NCBI RefSeq assembly: GCF_037042905.1
Contig: NC_087259.1
Span: forward strand, 23,126,001-23,190,000
DNA: 64,000 nt
Source: Lytechinus pictus
Taxonomy: Eukaryota
Direction of reading: 5' to 3'
Shown here: positions 1 to 13,821 of the stretch, piece by piece
How positions within the stretch are numbered: position 1 is the stretch's first letter
Layout of the letters: each line of letters opens with the position of its first letter
Notes under the pieces: model-generated
The model's database searches: none
What the model was told of the DNA's origin: nothing
Seen by the model: only the letters and a program-made list of their open reading frames with translations
Made by a program: the position numbers and the translations under genes

Positions 1-553
1 ACGCAACTAGTTTGCACTTGATGTTCGTAGTCGGCGTGTAGGCCTAAAACTTTATTTTAACATATATATAGCTTCCTTTTTTTCATTCTAAACTCCCAAG
101 TTATCCCCTCTACAGCAAACATCATGTCGCTATCGGTCCGCCAATATACGATCTTCTCGGATATTTTCAAATAAATGTGGCATTTTGGTAGGCACGGCAA
201 AATTGAAAAAAAAAGTATGCACAAGAAATTGTAAATAATTTCATATACTCACTTTTGCGTTATCCTTTTTGGTTATATATAAATGCCCCGTTATATTGAA
301 TTTTAACCTCCTTCACTCCTTCCGCCAAAATATTCCAAGTCAACAAATTTCCTCATTTTTTTTTCGCCCGGCAAGCTCATCAATCATCTCTCTCATTAAA
401 CCTTTCTTTCTTCACTCTAATCCTCTCAAACAATCCTCACTCTAATCCTCTGCGAAAAGTTGCGCCCTCCATGTCAATCGTGCCCCACTGACATCAAGAT
501 GTGTCTTGCCGCATCTCGCACATAATGCATAAACTTTTATGCATGATTTTATA

Positions 554-2587
554 TATTCATGAACTTTCACTTTATGCTGTATTTTTATGTTGTTTCTCAA
601 TTTTCCTCCTTCGCGTTATTGCTTTATTCCGTAATTGTTAAATTCTATATAGGGCATTTTATTATGTCCAACATTTTTGCGTATCTTTTCTACTCTTCCA
701 TCGTCACCCTATCATAAATGGATTTTGTCAATGTTAGCTTATTTTATTTTCCGCAAGAAAGAGCAAGACGGACTATTAATGATACAGATGTATATTCCAA
801 AGGTGATTAGCTACAAATACGGAATAAAGGAAAAACATATGTTAAAACGCAATTTGATTTTTTTGATGGGCAAATTGATTAAGGTGTTAGTATAGTGACA
901 AACTTCACTAAATACGGGATAAAGCTTATAGAGAAAACTTGGTGAGCATAGCGACGAATCAACCGAGATTCTAATAATTACTATTGACCGGAGGGCGGGA
1001 AAAGTGGTGTTCTGGGTTTGAAATGTCTGTCTGGGCGGGGGGTAGAGCGAAGGAAAAGTATATAAGGCAACAAAAATGGGAGGCATATTCGGGTGAGAGT
1101 ATAAAATCTTCAACAAAATACGTAAAAACCGATATAGTAAAGTTGAAACGCAATAATAGATTATTATTATTATTATTTTTTTTTTGGGGGGGGCATAATT
1201 ATTTAGGTGCTAATAAAGAGTGACAATTAAGCTTCACCAAAACACGGAATAAAGTAATAAAGAAAAGTTTGTGGGCATAAAGTACTAATGAATGATCGAG
1301 CCAAGATTCTTAATTCTCTATTGCTTTAGTCCGTATCAATTTGATGCAGTATAGAGTGACTGCATAACAAATATACAGAATAAAGCAATACAGAAATGTT
1401 GGCATATTAAGGTGCTGGTATAAAGTGACAAACTTATCAAAATACGGAATAAAGCGATATAGAAAATTTTGAACACAATTTAATTTTCTGTGGGTATATT
1501 AAGGTGCTAGTATAGAGTGACAAACTTCATAAATATACGGAATAAAGCAATATAGAAAAGTTGGTGGGCATATTAAGTTGCTAGTATACAGGCCCAAATC
1601 TCTTGAAATATGGAATAAAGCAAGAGAGAAATGTTCTCATTTAATTGATTCCTCAAAAATTGAATATGTTATTTTTATACAATTGTTTTACTAGTGATGA
1701 TTCTGATTTTAATGTTATTGATATCGAATTTATTCACTATTTGTATATAGAACCTAAGTTACACTTTTATCTTTTTGTATATATTGTTATTTCATTTTAA
1801 CAGGACCATGTTTAAAAACAGTGAATCTGAGCTTGTTATCCTGTATAAAGATATTTAAATAAATAAATAAATTTGTTATATTTGTTTATAGTCTTCATTC
1901 TTTATGGTGTATATTGCTTTATTACGTGTCTCTGTGTCTTTTTTTTTTCTTTTTTTCATCTGTTCATGATTTTATTTATTCATGAACTTTCACTTTATGC
2001 TGTATTTTTATGTTGTTTCTCAATTTTCCTCCTTCGCAATATTGCTTTATTCCGTAATTGTTAAACTCTATATAGGGCACTTTATTATGTCCAACATTTT
2101 TGCGTATCTTTTCTACTCTTCCATCGTCACCCTATCATAAATGGATTTTGTCAATGTTAGCTTATTTTTATTTTCCTCAAGAAAGAGCAAGACGAACTTT
2201 TAATGGTACAGATGTATATTTCAAAGGTGATTAGCTGCAAATATACGGAATAAAGGAAAAACACATGTTAAAACGCAATTTGATTTTTTTGATGGGCAAA
2301 TTGATTAAGGTGCTAGTATAGTGACAAACTTCACTAAATACGGGATAAAGCTTACAGAGAAAACTTGGTGAGCATAGCGACGAATCAACCGAGATTCTAA
2401 TAATTACTATTGACCGGAGGGCGGGAAAAGTGGTGTTCTGGGTTTGAAATGTCTGGCTGGGCGGGGGGGGGGGGTAGAGCGAAGGAAAAGTATATAAGGC
2501 AACAAAAATGGGAGGCATATTCGGGTGTTAGTATAAAAACTTCAACAAAATACGTAAAAACCGATATAGTAAAGTTGAAACGCAATA

Positions 2588-2618
<31 letters not shown>

Positions 2619-5050
2619 GGGGGGGGGGCATAATTATTTAGGTGCTAATAAAGAGTGACAATTAAGCTTCACCAAAATACGGAATAAAGTAATAAAGAAA
2701 AGTTTGTGGGCATAAAGTACTAAGTGATGATCGAGCCAAGATTCTTAATTCTCTATTGCTTTAGTCCGTATCAATTTGATGCAGTATAGAGTGACTGCAT
2801 AAAAAAAATAAAATAAAGCAATACAGAAATGTTGGCATATTAAGGTGCTGGTAAAAAGACAGTGACAAACTTATCAAAATACGGAATAAAGCGATATAGA
2901 AAATTTTGAAAACAATTTAATATTCTGTGGGTATATTAAGGTGCTAGTATAGAGTGACAAACTTCATAAATACACGGAATAAAGCAATATAGAAAAGTTG
3001 GGCATATTAAGTTGCTAGTATACATGCAGGCCCAAATTTCTTGAAATATGGAATAAAGCAAGAGAGAAATGTTCTCATTTCATTGATTCCTCAAAAATTG
3101 AATATGTTATTTTTATACAATTGTGTTACTAGTGATGATTCTGATTTTAATGTTATTGATATCGAATTCATTCACTATTTGTATAGAACCTAAGTTACAC
3201 TTTTATCTTTTTGTATATATTGTTATTCCATTTTAACAGGACCATGTTTAAAAACAGTGAATCTGAGCTTGTTATCCTGTATAAAGATATTTAAATAAAT
3301 AAATAAATTTGTTACGTTTGTTTATAGTCTTCATTCTTTATGGTGTATATTGCTTTATTACGTGTCTCTGTGGTTTTTTTTCTTTTTTTCATCTGTTCAT
3401 GATTTTATTTATTCATGAACTTTCACTTTATGCTGTATTTTTATGTTGTTTCTTAATTTTCCTCCTTCGCAATATTGCTTTATTCCGTAATTGTTAAACT
3501 CTATATAGGGCACTTTATTATGTCCAACATTTTTGCGTATCTTTTCTACTCTTCCATCGTCACCCTATCATAAATGGATTTTTCACATTTTTCGTGCATT
3601 ATATTCTTTCCAGGTTATTTTATATATTTTTTCTCCTCTTATACACATCATTGAATCCAGTTTGCTTGAGTCCACGACGGCATGTGTTCTATCTACGTAC
3701 AGCAGCACCCATCCATCTTCTCAGGGCATTCTCCCCCTTTTTCCCTTTTTTTTTTTTCTTCTCAAGTTTTTCTGGGGGGGGGTGGGAAGGGTAGATATTT
3801 TTAGGACGGGTTGTTTTGTCCTTCACCAAACTGTATATTTTTTATTACTTTGTATTTATTTTGTGAGTATTTCCCTCTCATTTATTCATTCTTTTCTCAT
3901 TTGATTATCTGTATTTATACTGTGTCATTTTGTTATTTGTTGTGTTATCTATTTCTTGAGGGGCCCACATTGTACAAGCATTGCTTTTTAGTGGGTCCCT
4001 CCATTTCCATCTTAATTTAATTTATATTGAAAAATAGTATATATATTTAAAACCTACAATGTGTTGCCCAAATCGTCTAAGTGTTTTTTTTTTTTTTCAC
4101 TACATATGTATAATTAATTTTGTTTGCAACGGATACAAATATTTATGTTTTATATATGGTATACAATTTGTTTTTGTTTGATGGAAGTGAAATAAATGAA
4201 TTTGAAATTTGAATTTGATTTTGTCAATGTTAGCTTTTTTTTTTTTTCCTCAAGAAAGAGCAAGACGAACTTTTAATGGTACAGATGTATATTCCAAAGG
4301 TGATTAGCTACAAATACGGAATAAAGGAAAAACATATGTTAAAACGCAATTTGATTTTTTTGATGGGCAAATTGATTAAGGTGCTAGTATAGTGACAAAC
4401 TTCACTAAATACGGGATAAAGCTTATAGAGAAAACTTGGTGAGCATAAGGACGAATCAACCGAGATTCTAATAATTACTATTGACCGGAGGGCGGGAAAA
4501 GTCAGTGTTCTGGGTTTGAAATGTCTGGCTGGGCGGGGGGTAGAGCGAAGGAAAAGTAAGGCAACAAAAATGGGAGGCATATTAGGGTGTTAGTAAAAAA
4601 AACTTCAACAAAATACGTAAAAACCGATATAGTAAAGTTGAAACGCAATAATATATATATATATTTTTTTTTTGGGGGGGGGGCATAATTATTAAGGTGC
4701 TAATAAAGAGTGACAAGCTTTACACCAAAATACGGAATAAAGAAAAGTTTGTGGGCATAAAGTACTAAGTGATGATCGAGCCAAGATTCTTAATTCTCTA
4801 TTGCTTTAGTCCGTATTAATTTGATGCAGTATAGAGTGACTGCATACAAAATATACAGAATAAAGCAATACAGAAATGTTGGCATATTAAGGTGCTGGTA
4901 TAAAGTGACAAACTTATCAAAATACAGAATAAAGCGATATATAAAATTTTGAACACAATTTAATATTCTGTGGGTATATTAAGGTGCTAGTATAGAGTGA
5001 CAAACTTCATAAATACACGGAATAAAGCAATATAGAAAAGTTGTTGGCCA
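554..5050. repeat. Three tandem copies of a ~1.43-kb unit (third copy interrupted)
   Basis: ATTCATGAACTTTCACTTTATGCTG recurs at ~555, ~1978 and ~3411. The units contain diverged versions of the downstream 74/190-bp satellite subunits and a LINE-like 3' tail ending in (AAAT)n at ~1857 and ~3294. Confidence 0.9.
3583..4216 (+). mobile_element. 5'-truncated non-LTR retrotransposon 3' UTR fragment (L2/CR1-group-like)
   Basis: Absent from units 1 and 2. Flanked by a GATTTT duplication. Has a stem-loop GAGGGGCCCAC...GTGGGTCCCTC and ends AATAAATGAATTTGAAATTTGAATTT. Confidence 0.7.
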
Positions 5051-8000
5051 TATTAAGGTGATAGTATAGAGTGACAAGCTTCATGAAAATACGGAATAAA
5101 GCAATATTGAAGAGTTGTTGGGCATATTAAGGTGCTAGTATAGAGTGATGAACAAGCCAAGATTCCAATAATTCGTGTTGGCCCGGAGGGCGAGAAAAGG
5201 GGTTTTCTTTTGGAGGTATATAAGCAGCGGACAGGGGGATTGAAATGTCTGAGGGGGGATAGAGCGAAAATAGAAAAGTAGGAAAGCATATTTTAATCAA
5301 AATTCTTTTGGGCATATTAAGGTGCTAGTATAGAGTGACAAATTTCATGAAAATACGGAATAAAGCAATATTGAAGAGTTGTTGGGCATATTAAGGTGCT
5401 AGTATAGAGTAACAAGCTTCATGAAAATACGGAATAAAGCAATATTGAAAAGTTGTTGGGCATATTAAGGTGCTAGTATAGAATGATGAACAAGCCAAGA
5501 TTCTCATAATTCGTGTTGGCCCGGAGGGCGAGAAAAGGGGTTTTCTTTTGGGGGTATATAAGCAGCGGACAGGGGGATTGAAATGTCTGAGGGGGGATAG
5601 AGCGAAAAGAGAAAAGTAGGAAAGGCATATTTTATTCAAAATTCTTTTGGGCATATTAAGGTGCTAGTATAGAGTGACAAATTTCATGAAAATACGGAAT
5701 AAAGCAATATATAAAAGTTGTTTGGCATATTAAGGTGCTAGTATAGAGTGACAAGCTTCATGAAAATACGGAATAAAGCAATATTGAAAAATTGTTGGGC
5801 ATATTAAGGTGCTAGTATATAGAGTGATGAACAAGCCAAGATTCTAATAATTCGTGTTGGCCCGGAGGGCGAGAAAAGGGGTTTTCTTTTGGGGGTATAT
5901 AAGCAGCGGACAGGGGGATTGAAATGTCTGAGGGGGGATAGAGCGAAAGAGAAAAGTAGGAAAAGCAAATTTTATTCAAAATTCTTTTGGGCATATTAAG
6001 GTGCTAGTATAGAGTGACAAGCTTCATGAAAATACGGAATAAAGCAATATTGAAGAGTTGTTGGGCATATTAAGGTGCTAGTATAGAGTGATGAACAAGC
6101 CAAGATTCTAATAATTCGTGTTGGCCCGGAGGGCGAGAAAAGGGGTTTTCTTTTGGGGGTATATAAGCAGCGGACAGGGGGATTGAAATGTCTGAGGGGG
6201 GATAGAGCGAAAGAGAAAAGTAGGAAAAGCAAATTTTATTCAAAATTCTTTTGGGCATATTAAGGTGCTAGTGTAGAGTGACAAGCTTCATGAAAATACG
6301 GAATAAAGCAATATTGAAAAGTTGTTGGGCATATTAAGGTGCTAGTATAGAGTGATGAACAAGCCAAGATTCTCATAATTCGTGTTGGCCCGGAGGGCGA
6401 GAAAAGGGGTTTTCTTTTGGGGGTATATAAGCAGCGGACAGGGGGATTGAAATGTCTGAGGGGGGATAGAGCGAAAAGAGAAAAGTAGGAAAGGCATATT
6501 TTATTCAAAATTCTTTTGGGCATATTAAGGTGCTAGTATAGAGTGACAAATTTCATGAAAATACGGAATAAAGCAATATATAAAAGTTGTTTGGCATATT
6601 AAGGTGCTAATATAGAGTGACAAGCTTCATGAAAATACGGAATAAAGCAATATTGAAAAATTGTTGGGCATATTAAGGTGCTAGTATAGAGTGATGAACA
6701 AGCCAAGATTCTAATAATTCGTGTTGGCCCGGAGGGCGAGAAAAGGGGTTTTCTTTTGGGGGTATATAAGCAGCGGACAGGGGGATTGAAATGTCTGAGG
6801 GGGGATAGAGCGAAAGAGAAAAGTAGGAAAAGCAAATTTTATTCAAAATTCTTTTGGGCATATTAAGGTGCTAGTATAGAGTGACAAGCTTCATGAAAAT
6901 ACGGAATAAAGCAATATTGAAGAGTTGTTGGGCATATTAAGGTGCTAGTATAGAGTGATGAACAAGCCAAGATTCTAATAATTCGTGTTGGCCCGGAGGG
7001 CGAGAAAAGGGGTTTTCTTTTGGGGGTATATAAGCAGCGGACAGGGGGATTGAAATGTCTGAGGGGGGATAGAGCGAAAGAGAAAAGTAGGAAAAGCAAA
7101 TTTTATTCAAAATTCTTTTGGGCATATTAAGGTGCTAGTATAGAGTGACAAGCTTCATGAAAATACGGAATAAAGCAATATTGAAGAGTTGTTGGGCATA
7201 TTAAGGTGCTAGTATAGAGTGATGAACAAGCCAAGATTCTAATAATTCGTGTTGGCCCGGAGGGCGAGAAAAGGGGTTTTCTTTTGGGGGTATATAAGCA
7301 GCGGACAGGGGGATTGAAATGTCTGAGGGGGGATAGAGCGAAAGAGAAAAGTAGGAAAAGCAAATTTTATTCAAAATTCTTTTGGGCATATTAAGGTGCT
7401 AGTATAGAGTGACAAGCTTCATGAAAATACGGAATAAAGCAATATTGAAGAGTTGTTGGGCATATTAAGGTGCTAGTATAGAGTGATGAACAAGCCAAGA
7501 TTCTAATAATTCGTGTTGGCCCGGAGGGCGAGAAAAGGGGTTTTCTTTGGGGGGTATATAAGCAGCGGACAGGGGGATTGAAATGTCTGAGGGGGGATAG
7601 AGCGAAAAGAGAAAAGTAGGAAAAGCAAATTTTATTCAAAATTCTTTTGGGCATATTAAGGTGCTAGTGTAGAGTGACAAGCTTCATGAAAATACGGAAT
7701 AAAGCAATATTGAAAAGTTGTTGGGCATATTAAGGTGCTAGTATAGAGTGATGAACAAGCCAAGATTCTCATAATTCGTGTTGGCCCGGAGGGCGAGAAA
7801 AGGGGTTTTCTTTTGGGGGTATATAAGCAGCGGACAGGGGGATTGAAATGTCTGAGGGGGGATAGAGCGAAAAGAGAAAAGTAGGAAAGGCATATTTTAT
7901 TCAAAATTCTTTTGGGCATATTAAGGTGCTAGTATAGAGTGACAAATTTCATGAAAATACGGAATAAAGCAATATATAAAAGTTGTTTGGCATATTAAGG

Positions 8001-8105
8001 TGCTAGTATAGAGTGACAAGCTTCATGAAAATACGGAATAAAGCAATATTGAAAAATTGTTGGGCATATTAAGGTGCTAGTATAGAGTGATGAACAAGCC
8101 AAGAT
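5050..8105. repeat. Satellite array: ten ~264-bp monomers (74-bp + ~190-bp subunits) with extra 74-bp subunits
   Basis: GGGCATATTAAGGTGCTAGTATAGAGTGA heads every subunit, and the monomers are near-identical. Confidence 0.95.
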
Positions 8106-8251
8106 TATGAACACACACAGTGCTTCGCTTCGCGAAGCACTGTACCCGTGTGTTCATATGTGTGCGTTTTGCGCCCGTCCCGGATTTTTTACTTAGATGA
8201 ACGGTATTAATGGCGGCTGGGCATATTAGCTAATATGGCCCTGTGTGCTAG
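8106..8251 (+). mobile_element. Helitron/Helentron-like terminus
   Basis: Nested hairpin ACAGTGCTTCGC-TTC-GCGAAGCACTGT within ATGAACAC...GTGTTCAT, then palindrome CATATTAGCTAATATG a few nt before CTAG|T, the rolling-circle 3' end signature. Confidence 0.5.
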
Positions 8252-8985
8252 TATCGATAACGCAATTGGTATCCATGTATCATTCCTTTAACCCAGGCCA
8301 GCTCGGTGTTGGACTTGGAGCTCGGTTCAGCGGCCTTTTTACGTTCTCACCACCAACACCGAACACCAAACTTGAAATCACCCAATGCACTGCAACAGTG
8401 CAAGCTGTGCAGCAGCTGCACTGACGTCCAAATCTTCACCTCGGTCCCACACGTTGCAAATCATGACATGAATTGAAAAGAGCGTTGGTTTGGCATGATA
8501 TCATGACATGAATGATGAAGTTTGTTGGAAAAAATAGTTAACTTACTGATAACCTCGTTTCTTCTGTCGCTGTCGTGGTACGCGCCGAAGTGTGTACTAA
8601 CGCTGTCCTTGTAGCCATTTTGTAGATAAAAAAAAAACAGCTTCAGACGGGAAAACAGGGTGTGAATTGTAAGTAAAGTAATAATGACTGGTACCGCTTC
8701 GCAATGTTGTTTTTCTCCGCGCACGTAGGATGACGTCATTCTGGTCGATCCGAAGTACAAGGACGTCAGAGATATTCATATCCAGAAACACAATTCGAGT
8801 AGAAAATAGGAGAATGAGAAGGATAGAGATGATGAAAATTAGAAGAACTAAAAGGAAATAAGAGAAGAAGGAGGAGGAGGAGGAAAAGAAAAAGATTAAG
8901 AAGAACTAGAATTAAGGAAATAAGAGGGAGGAGGAGGAGAAGAAGAAGAAGATATTAAGAAGATCAGAACTAGATCTAGAAGGAA

Positions 8986-10330
8986 CCCAGAAGGAAAAAC
9001 CAGTAAGACCAGTAAGAATTTTTACTGGTTTCCAGTAGAATTTTACTGGTTTCCAGTATAATTTTACTGGGCCAGTTGATTTTTAACTGGACCAGTAAAA
9101 ATCAACTGGAGACCAGTTACAACAATTGCATTCCAGTTGAAGCAATTAGTAATACCAGTTAAATTGTTTTTCATCAAACTGGTCAATGTTACTGGTCCAA
9201 TAAATGGTTTCCAGTAGATTTTTACTGGTTTCAGTATATGTTAACTGGACCAGTTGATTTTTAACTGGACCAGTAAAAATCAACTGGAGACCAGTTCCAA
9301 CAATTGCATTCCAGTTGAAGCAAAGTAGTAATACCAGTTAAATTGTTTTTTCATCAAACTGGTGTCAGTTACTGGTCCAATAAATAATGACTTTAATAAT
9401 ATTATTTCAAGTCAGATCATTTGACGAATTATGGAAAATGAATCTTGCAATTTAGAGAAAGTTATTATCGTTATCATTTATCATTGTTATCATCATTCTT
9501 CTTATAATTATCATAATAATTATTATTATGATTATTATGATCATTCTTGTTACTGTTATCATTGTTATTGATATTGTAATTATTATTATTAATATTATAA
9601 CATCATGAAAATACTTATTTCCTTTAATTATGATTAAGATCAAAGCAGATATATTCCTCTGATATAGTCAACTGGTCTAAGTAATTTATTGTTTAAAATT
9701 GAACTGGTCAAGACCAGTAATACCAGTAATTCTGATGATGCTGATCACGTGGTTTACCTCATTTGCATATTTTCAGTTTTTGAACGAAAAATCAGGATTT
9801 AGAATGGAATATCCTTGCAATGGCACTCATTCATTGTTTAAAAACTTTCTAAATAAGTGTGTGAACTAATTCACAATGAAAATGTGTAATTTCATATATC
9901 ACATTTAGAATAACAGCAGAAAGATTAATTTACTAACCATCTTTTCCATCACATTTCACTGACCATGCATGGTATATAACAAACCAAATGCATGTAATAA
10001 ATTGATCCAGTAAGACCAATACGAGGACCAGTTCGAGGACCAGTCAGACCAGTAGAAAATACCAGTAAAGACCAGCTTAAATTGGATACCAGTATGAAGA
10101 CCAGTGAGACTAGTAACAACCACCAGAAACAAGACCAGTATAAAATTCCAGTAATTCAAGATCAGTTTAATTTTTAACTGTAAAGTCAAAAAGGGGCCTA
10201 AGCTTTAACTGGACCAGTAAAATTTTAACTGGACCAGTATGACCAGTAAACCGATGTTCCAATTTCCAGAGTTATCAGTTAAAATTATATTGGTCTAAGT
10301 GGTCTAGTGGAACTGGTTTTTCCTTCTGGG
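8986..10330. mobile_element. Non-autonomous CACTA/EnSpm-type DNA transposon (CCC ends)
   Basis: TIR CCCAGAAGGAAAAACCAGT / ACTGGTTTTTCCTTCTGGG, 2-bp TSD AA, dense (G)ACCAGT subterminal repeats in both orientations, inserted in a (GAA)n tract. Confidence 0.8.
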
Positions 10331-11518
10331 AAAGAAGAAGAAGAAGAAGAAGATGAAGAAGAAGAAATTAAGAAGAAGGAGGAGAAGAAGAAGAAGGAGG
10401 AGGAGAAGGAAAAGGAGAAGGAGCTAGAAGAAGAAGATCGAAGTCGAAGAAGAAGAAGAAGCATCAGTTAAGGATGATAGAGGTATCATTCTGTTATCAA
10501 ACAAATTAAGAAGATTGATGGTATCATCATCATTATCATCATCATCTTCATCACCACCATCACCTTCACCATCATAACACTAATAACCATCATCATCACC
10601 TATAATCTTCATCATCATCATCATCATATATCATCATCTTCATCATCATCATCATCTCGACTGTTATTCGCCAGGAGATCTCGAAACACTCTTAATAATG
10701 CATTTATCAATCTACTCTCCCAAAACCCTACATTATAATTCATGGCAATAGATTGACAATAAAAAATAAGGATCACAAAATTATAAATATTTTGCTTCGC
10801 TAAATGTAATCGAGATCTGAAATACACACAGGACGAAAAAAATCATCTTATCTTCTTTTCTTCTTTGGACATAATCTTATTCTCGATTTTATAATATGCT
10901 CATAAATTATGCTTCTCACAATATATTTTAAGTATATACTACATACAGGCCTACCACGACGATGAATCTATTTCCTTAATCATGGTAATTGACCTTGATA
11001 GCTATAATGGTAGATCTTTGAATTCAAATTAATCCAATCCAACAATCCAGTAGTCATTTTGATGAAGTGTGTTTTCCTTTCGGGTACAAAGCGCTGCAGA
11101 AGAATAGAACTCAAAACTTAACGTAAAACCTATAATCATCTCATGAGCTTTTCCTATGTACAGTATATTTCAATAGGGACTTCATTTTTTTTTAATATAC
11201 TTGTCCGAATATATATCTTTACCTTTTGTCTACTTTAATGATTGTCATATCAGTTATCATTGCACTTTGAAAAATGTATCAACTCGCGTATAAGACAAAA
11301 GACAGAGACAATGGCAAGGCTTTGAATTAATCCTCGATCTCCCAAATATAGAATTTCACAAACAAACTTTTGTATAAGAAATATAACGATACAACTATTC
11401 GTCATGTCATTCTGCAGCGAATCATAATGCGTGAATCCAGGCAGGGACGCGTTTTATAAGAAAGTGAAGTTCACAGAGTAATATACTGATGACATTCCCA
11501 TACCTGTTCTTTCCTTAA

Positions 11519-12118
11519 AGGTCAAGTCCACCCCAGGAATATGCTGACCTGAATAAATAGAGAAAAATCAAACTAGCATAGTGCTGAAAATTTCATCAAA
11601 ATCGGATGTAAAATTAGAAAGTTATGACATTTCAAAGTTTCGCTTATTTTTCACAAAACAGTGATATGCACAACTATAGGTGAGTCAGTCGATGATGTCC
11701 ATCACTCACTATTTCTTTTGTTTTTTATTATTTGAATTATACAATATTTCATTTTTTATAGATTTGACAATAAGGACCAACTTGACTGAACCATATAGTA
11801 TTAAACAATGCTAATTCCACATGTTCAGGGAGGAATTAATCGTCGTGTCACTTGACAATGAGGAGAAAATTAGAATATTTCATATTTTATATTATAAACA
11901 ACAAAAGAAATAGTGAGTGGATGACGTCATATAGTCTCCTCATTTGCATACCAGCCAGGATGTGCATAATTATAACTGTTTTGTGTAATTTAGCGAAACT
12001 TTAAAATGTCATAACTTTCTTATTTTACATCCGATTTTGATGAAGTTTTCAGTGTTATGCTTGTTGGATTTTTCTATTTTTACTCAAATCAACTTTTTTG
12101 TTGGGGTGGACTTGTCCT
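11519..12118. mobile_element. Kolobok-like MITE
   Basis: TTAA|AGGTCAAGTCCACCCCA ... TGGGGTGGACTTGTCCT|TTAA, with long imperfect internal inverted symmetry. Confidence 0.85.
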
Positions 12119-13430
12119 TTAATGATGCGACAATTGGTTGTTTAGAGAGCTGGTGTGAAAGTTCTTTGATTTTGATTGTAGAGTTCCATTTATCTAGTGG
12201 GGATGATGCAAGAAATTATTCGCAGTCAATTGCAAATATTCTTTTTCAAGCTTACAATAGATAATTTTGACAATAGATATAATATTAATTTGAATTTCTC
12301 TTTTGGAAACAGACACACCGTACTTTCACTTCCCTTACTCTCAACTACAATTACAATTTTACTTGCACCAGCTTTCGATCCATTACTATAATCTATTGTA
12401 ATATAAGTGTTATTACCATGGTAACATGGCTGAACAGCCAGTGGTAACCAATTATTTCATCATTGTAATATTAACAATGCACCATATACAATTGTAAGTC
12501 GTCATGAAACTTGGTACAGGGTGTTTTGTTTGTTTATCACGGACTTTCCTTCAATCATGTTCTATACACCTATAATCAATCACTTTGGATTTTCTCACCA
12601 TTATCTTTGTTGTTTATTTGGTAAGTGATGAACCAAAAATTAGCACTAAAAAATTATTCAACATATTAAAACAAAATTGTTTAAACTGGATCTATAGCAC
12701 AGTTGAGGGGGTTTAACTGTTTGTCCATCAGGCAAACAAAACTTGCATAAAATTGCAAAGATTCTTCCCCTCCAAAAAAGAAAGAAAGAAATCCTTGTAA
12801 ATTATGAAAGAGTTCAAATTAATTGCTACTCGGCATGAACAAACGTATTAAAATCAGCCATGGTTCTTTTTCCACCCCACCCACTGTGTCATCTAGTTCT
12901 TTAGTCAGATTTCGATATTTTCATATCATGACTTAATTGCAGAATATACCCCGAAGATCGAAATCGATGAATTTTTAATTTAGGATTTGACGATTTGCGT
13001 ATAGGCAACCGAAATGCTGAATGTAAAGATACCAAATAGTGTGGAGTACATGGACAGCCCCTGAAAGATGAAAGAACTAAGTAAGGAGTCTTTATTTTGA
13101 AATTCATGTCAGAACTGTGCTGAACATGATGGTGACTATCAAGTCGGTGACAGACCAAAGAGTCACTCGTACATATATATACGGGAGCAAATGAACATCC
13201 ACCGGTGCATGTGCTTATATCTACATCAAAATCACAGTCAATAAAACTATCATTGCTTAAGAGTTGAGTATATTGTGTAATACATCGCACAAAATTATTA
13301 CAATTTGAAATGAGAACATGTCAGGAATATCAAGTGAGTTTCTTATTATGTCAACTAGTTATAAGAACTTGATTGAGGCAATGGCAACTCAAGATAACAT
13401 CAAAAAGCTTGTTCCGCCCCCATTTAATAT

Positions 13431-13570
13431 TCATATTCCATGCGTTAGCCAGTGGTATAGCGGGACTACCTCACAGTATGTTCCAAAAGCATTTTCAGGG
13501 CAGAGACATCGAAATCCATCTAGTTTCTCCATGCAAGTCCCTCCATTCAAACATACATTCGAACTACACG
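13431..13570 (-). CDS. EGF-like domain exon (probably the terminal exon)
   Basis: Polypyrimidine tract plus CAG acceptor, phase 1, encoding CSSNVCLNGGTCMEKLDGFRCLCPENAFGTYCE. Confidence 0.85.
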
Positions 13571-13763
13571 CTGGTAAAACATGGAAGAAAGAAAAATAAT
13601 TGATAGGAATTGGAGAACGTGTAACAAGAATCAGGAACGAAATAAACAACATGTCGTTGATAAAATAACCTTAGGTGATTTATATTTTGTAGAAATGGTG
13701 AGGTACACCATACAAGTAGTAGTAGAAATAGTTGTAGTTGTAGTAGTAGTAGTAGTAGTAGTA

Positions 13764-13821
<58 letters not shown>

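Noticed and set aside
677-7919. Numerous repeated 60-120-aa ORFs
   Set aside because: They are by-products of tandem repeats: frames shift between copies and there are no domain motifs or splice structure.
5050-8105. CRISPR-like array (29-bp direct repeat alternating with spacers)
   Set aside because: The spacers are two recurring near-identical sequences rather than unique ones, there are no cas genes, and the context is eukaryotic; this is a satellite.
12901-13290. 129-aa Cys-containing minus-strand ORF as an extra exon of the EGF gene
   Set aside because: It has no ATG start, only a weak acceptor whose phase (2) does not match the possible EGF donor (0), and no recognisable domain; it is more likely 3' UTR.
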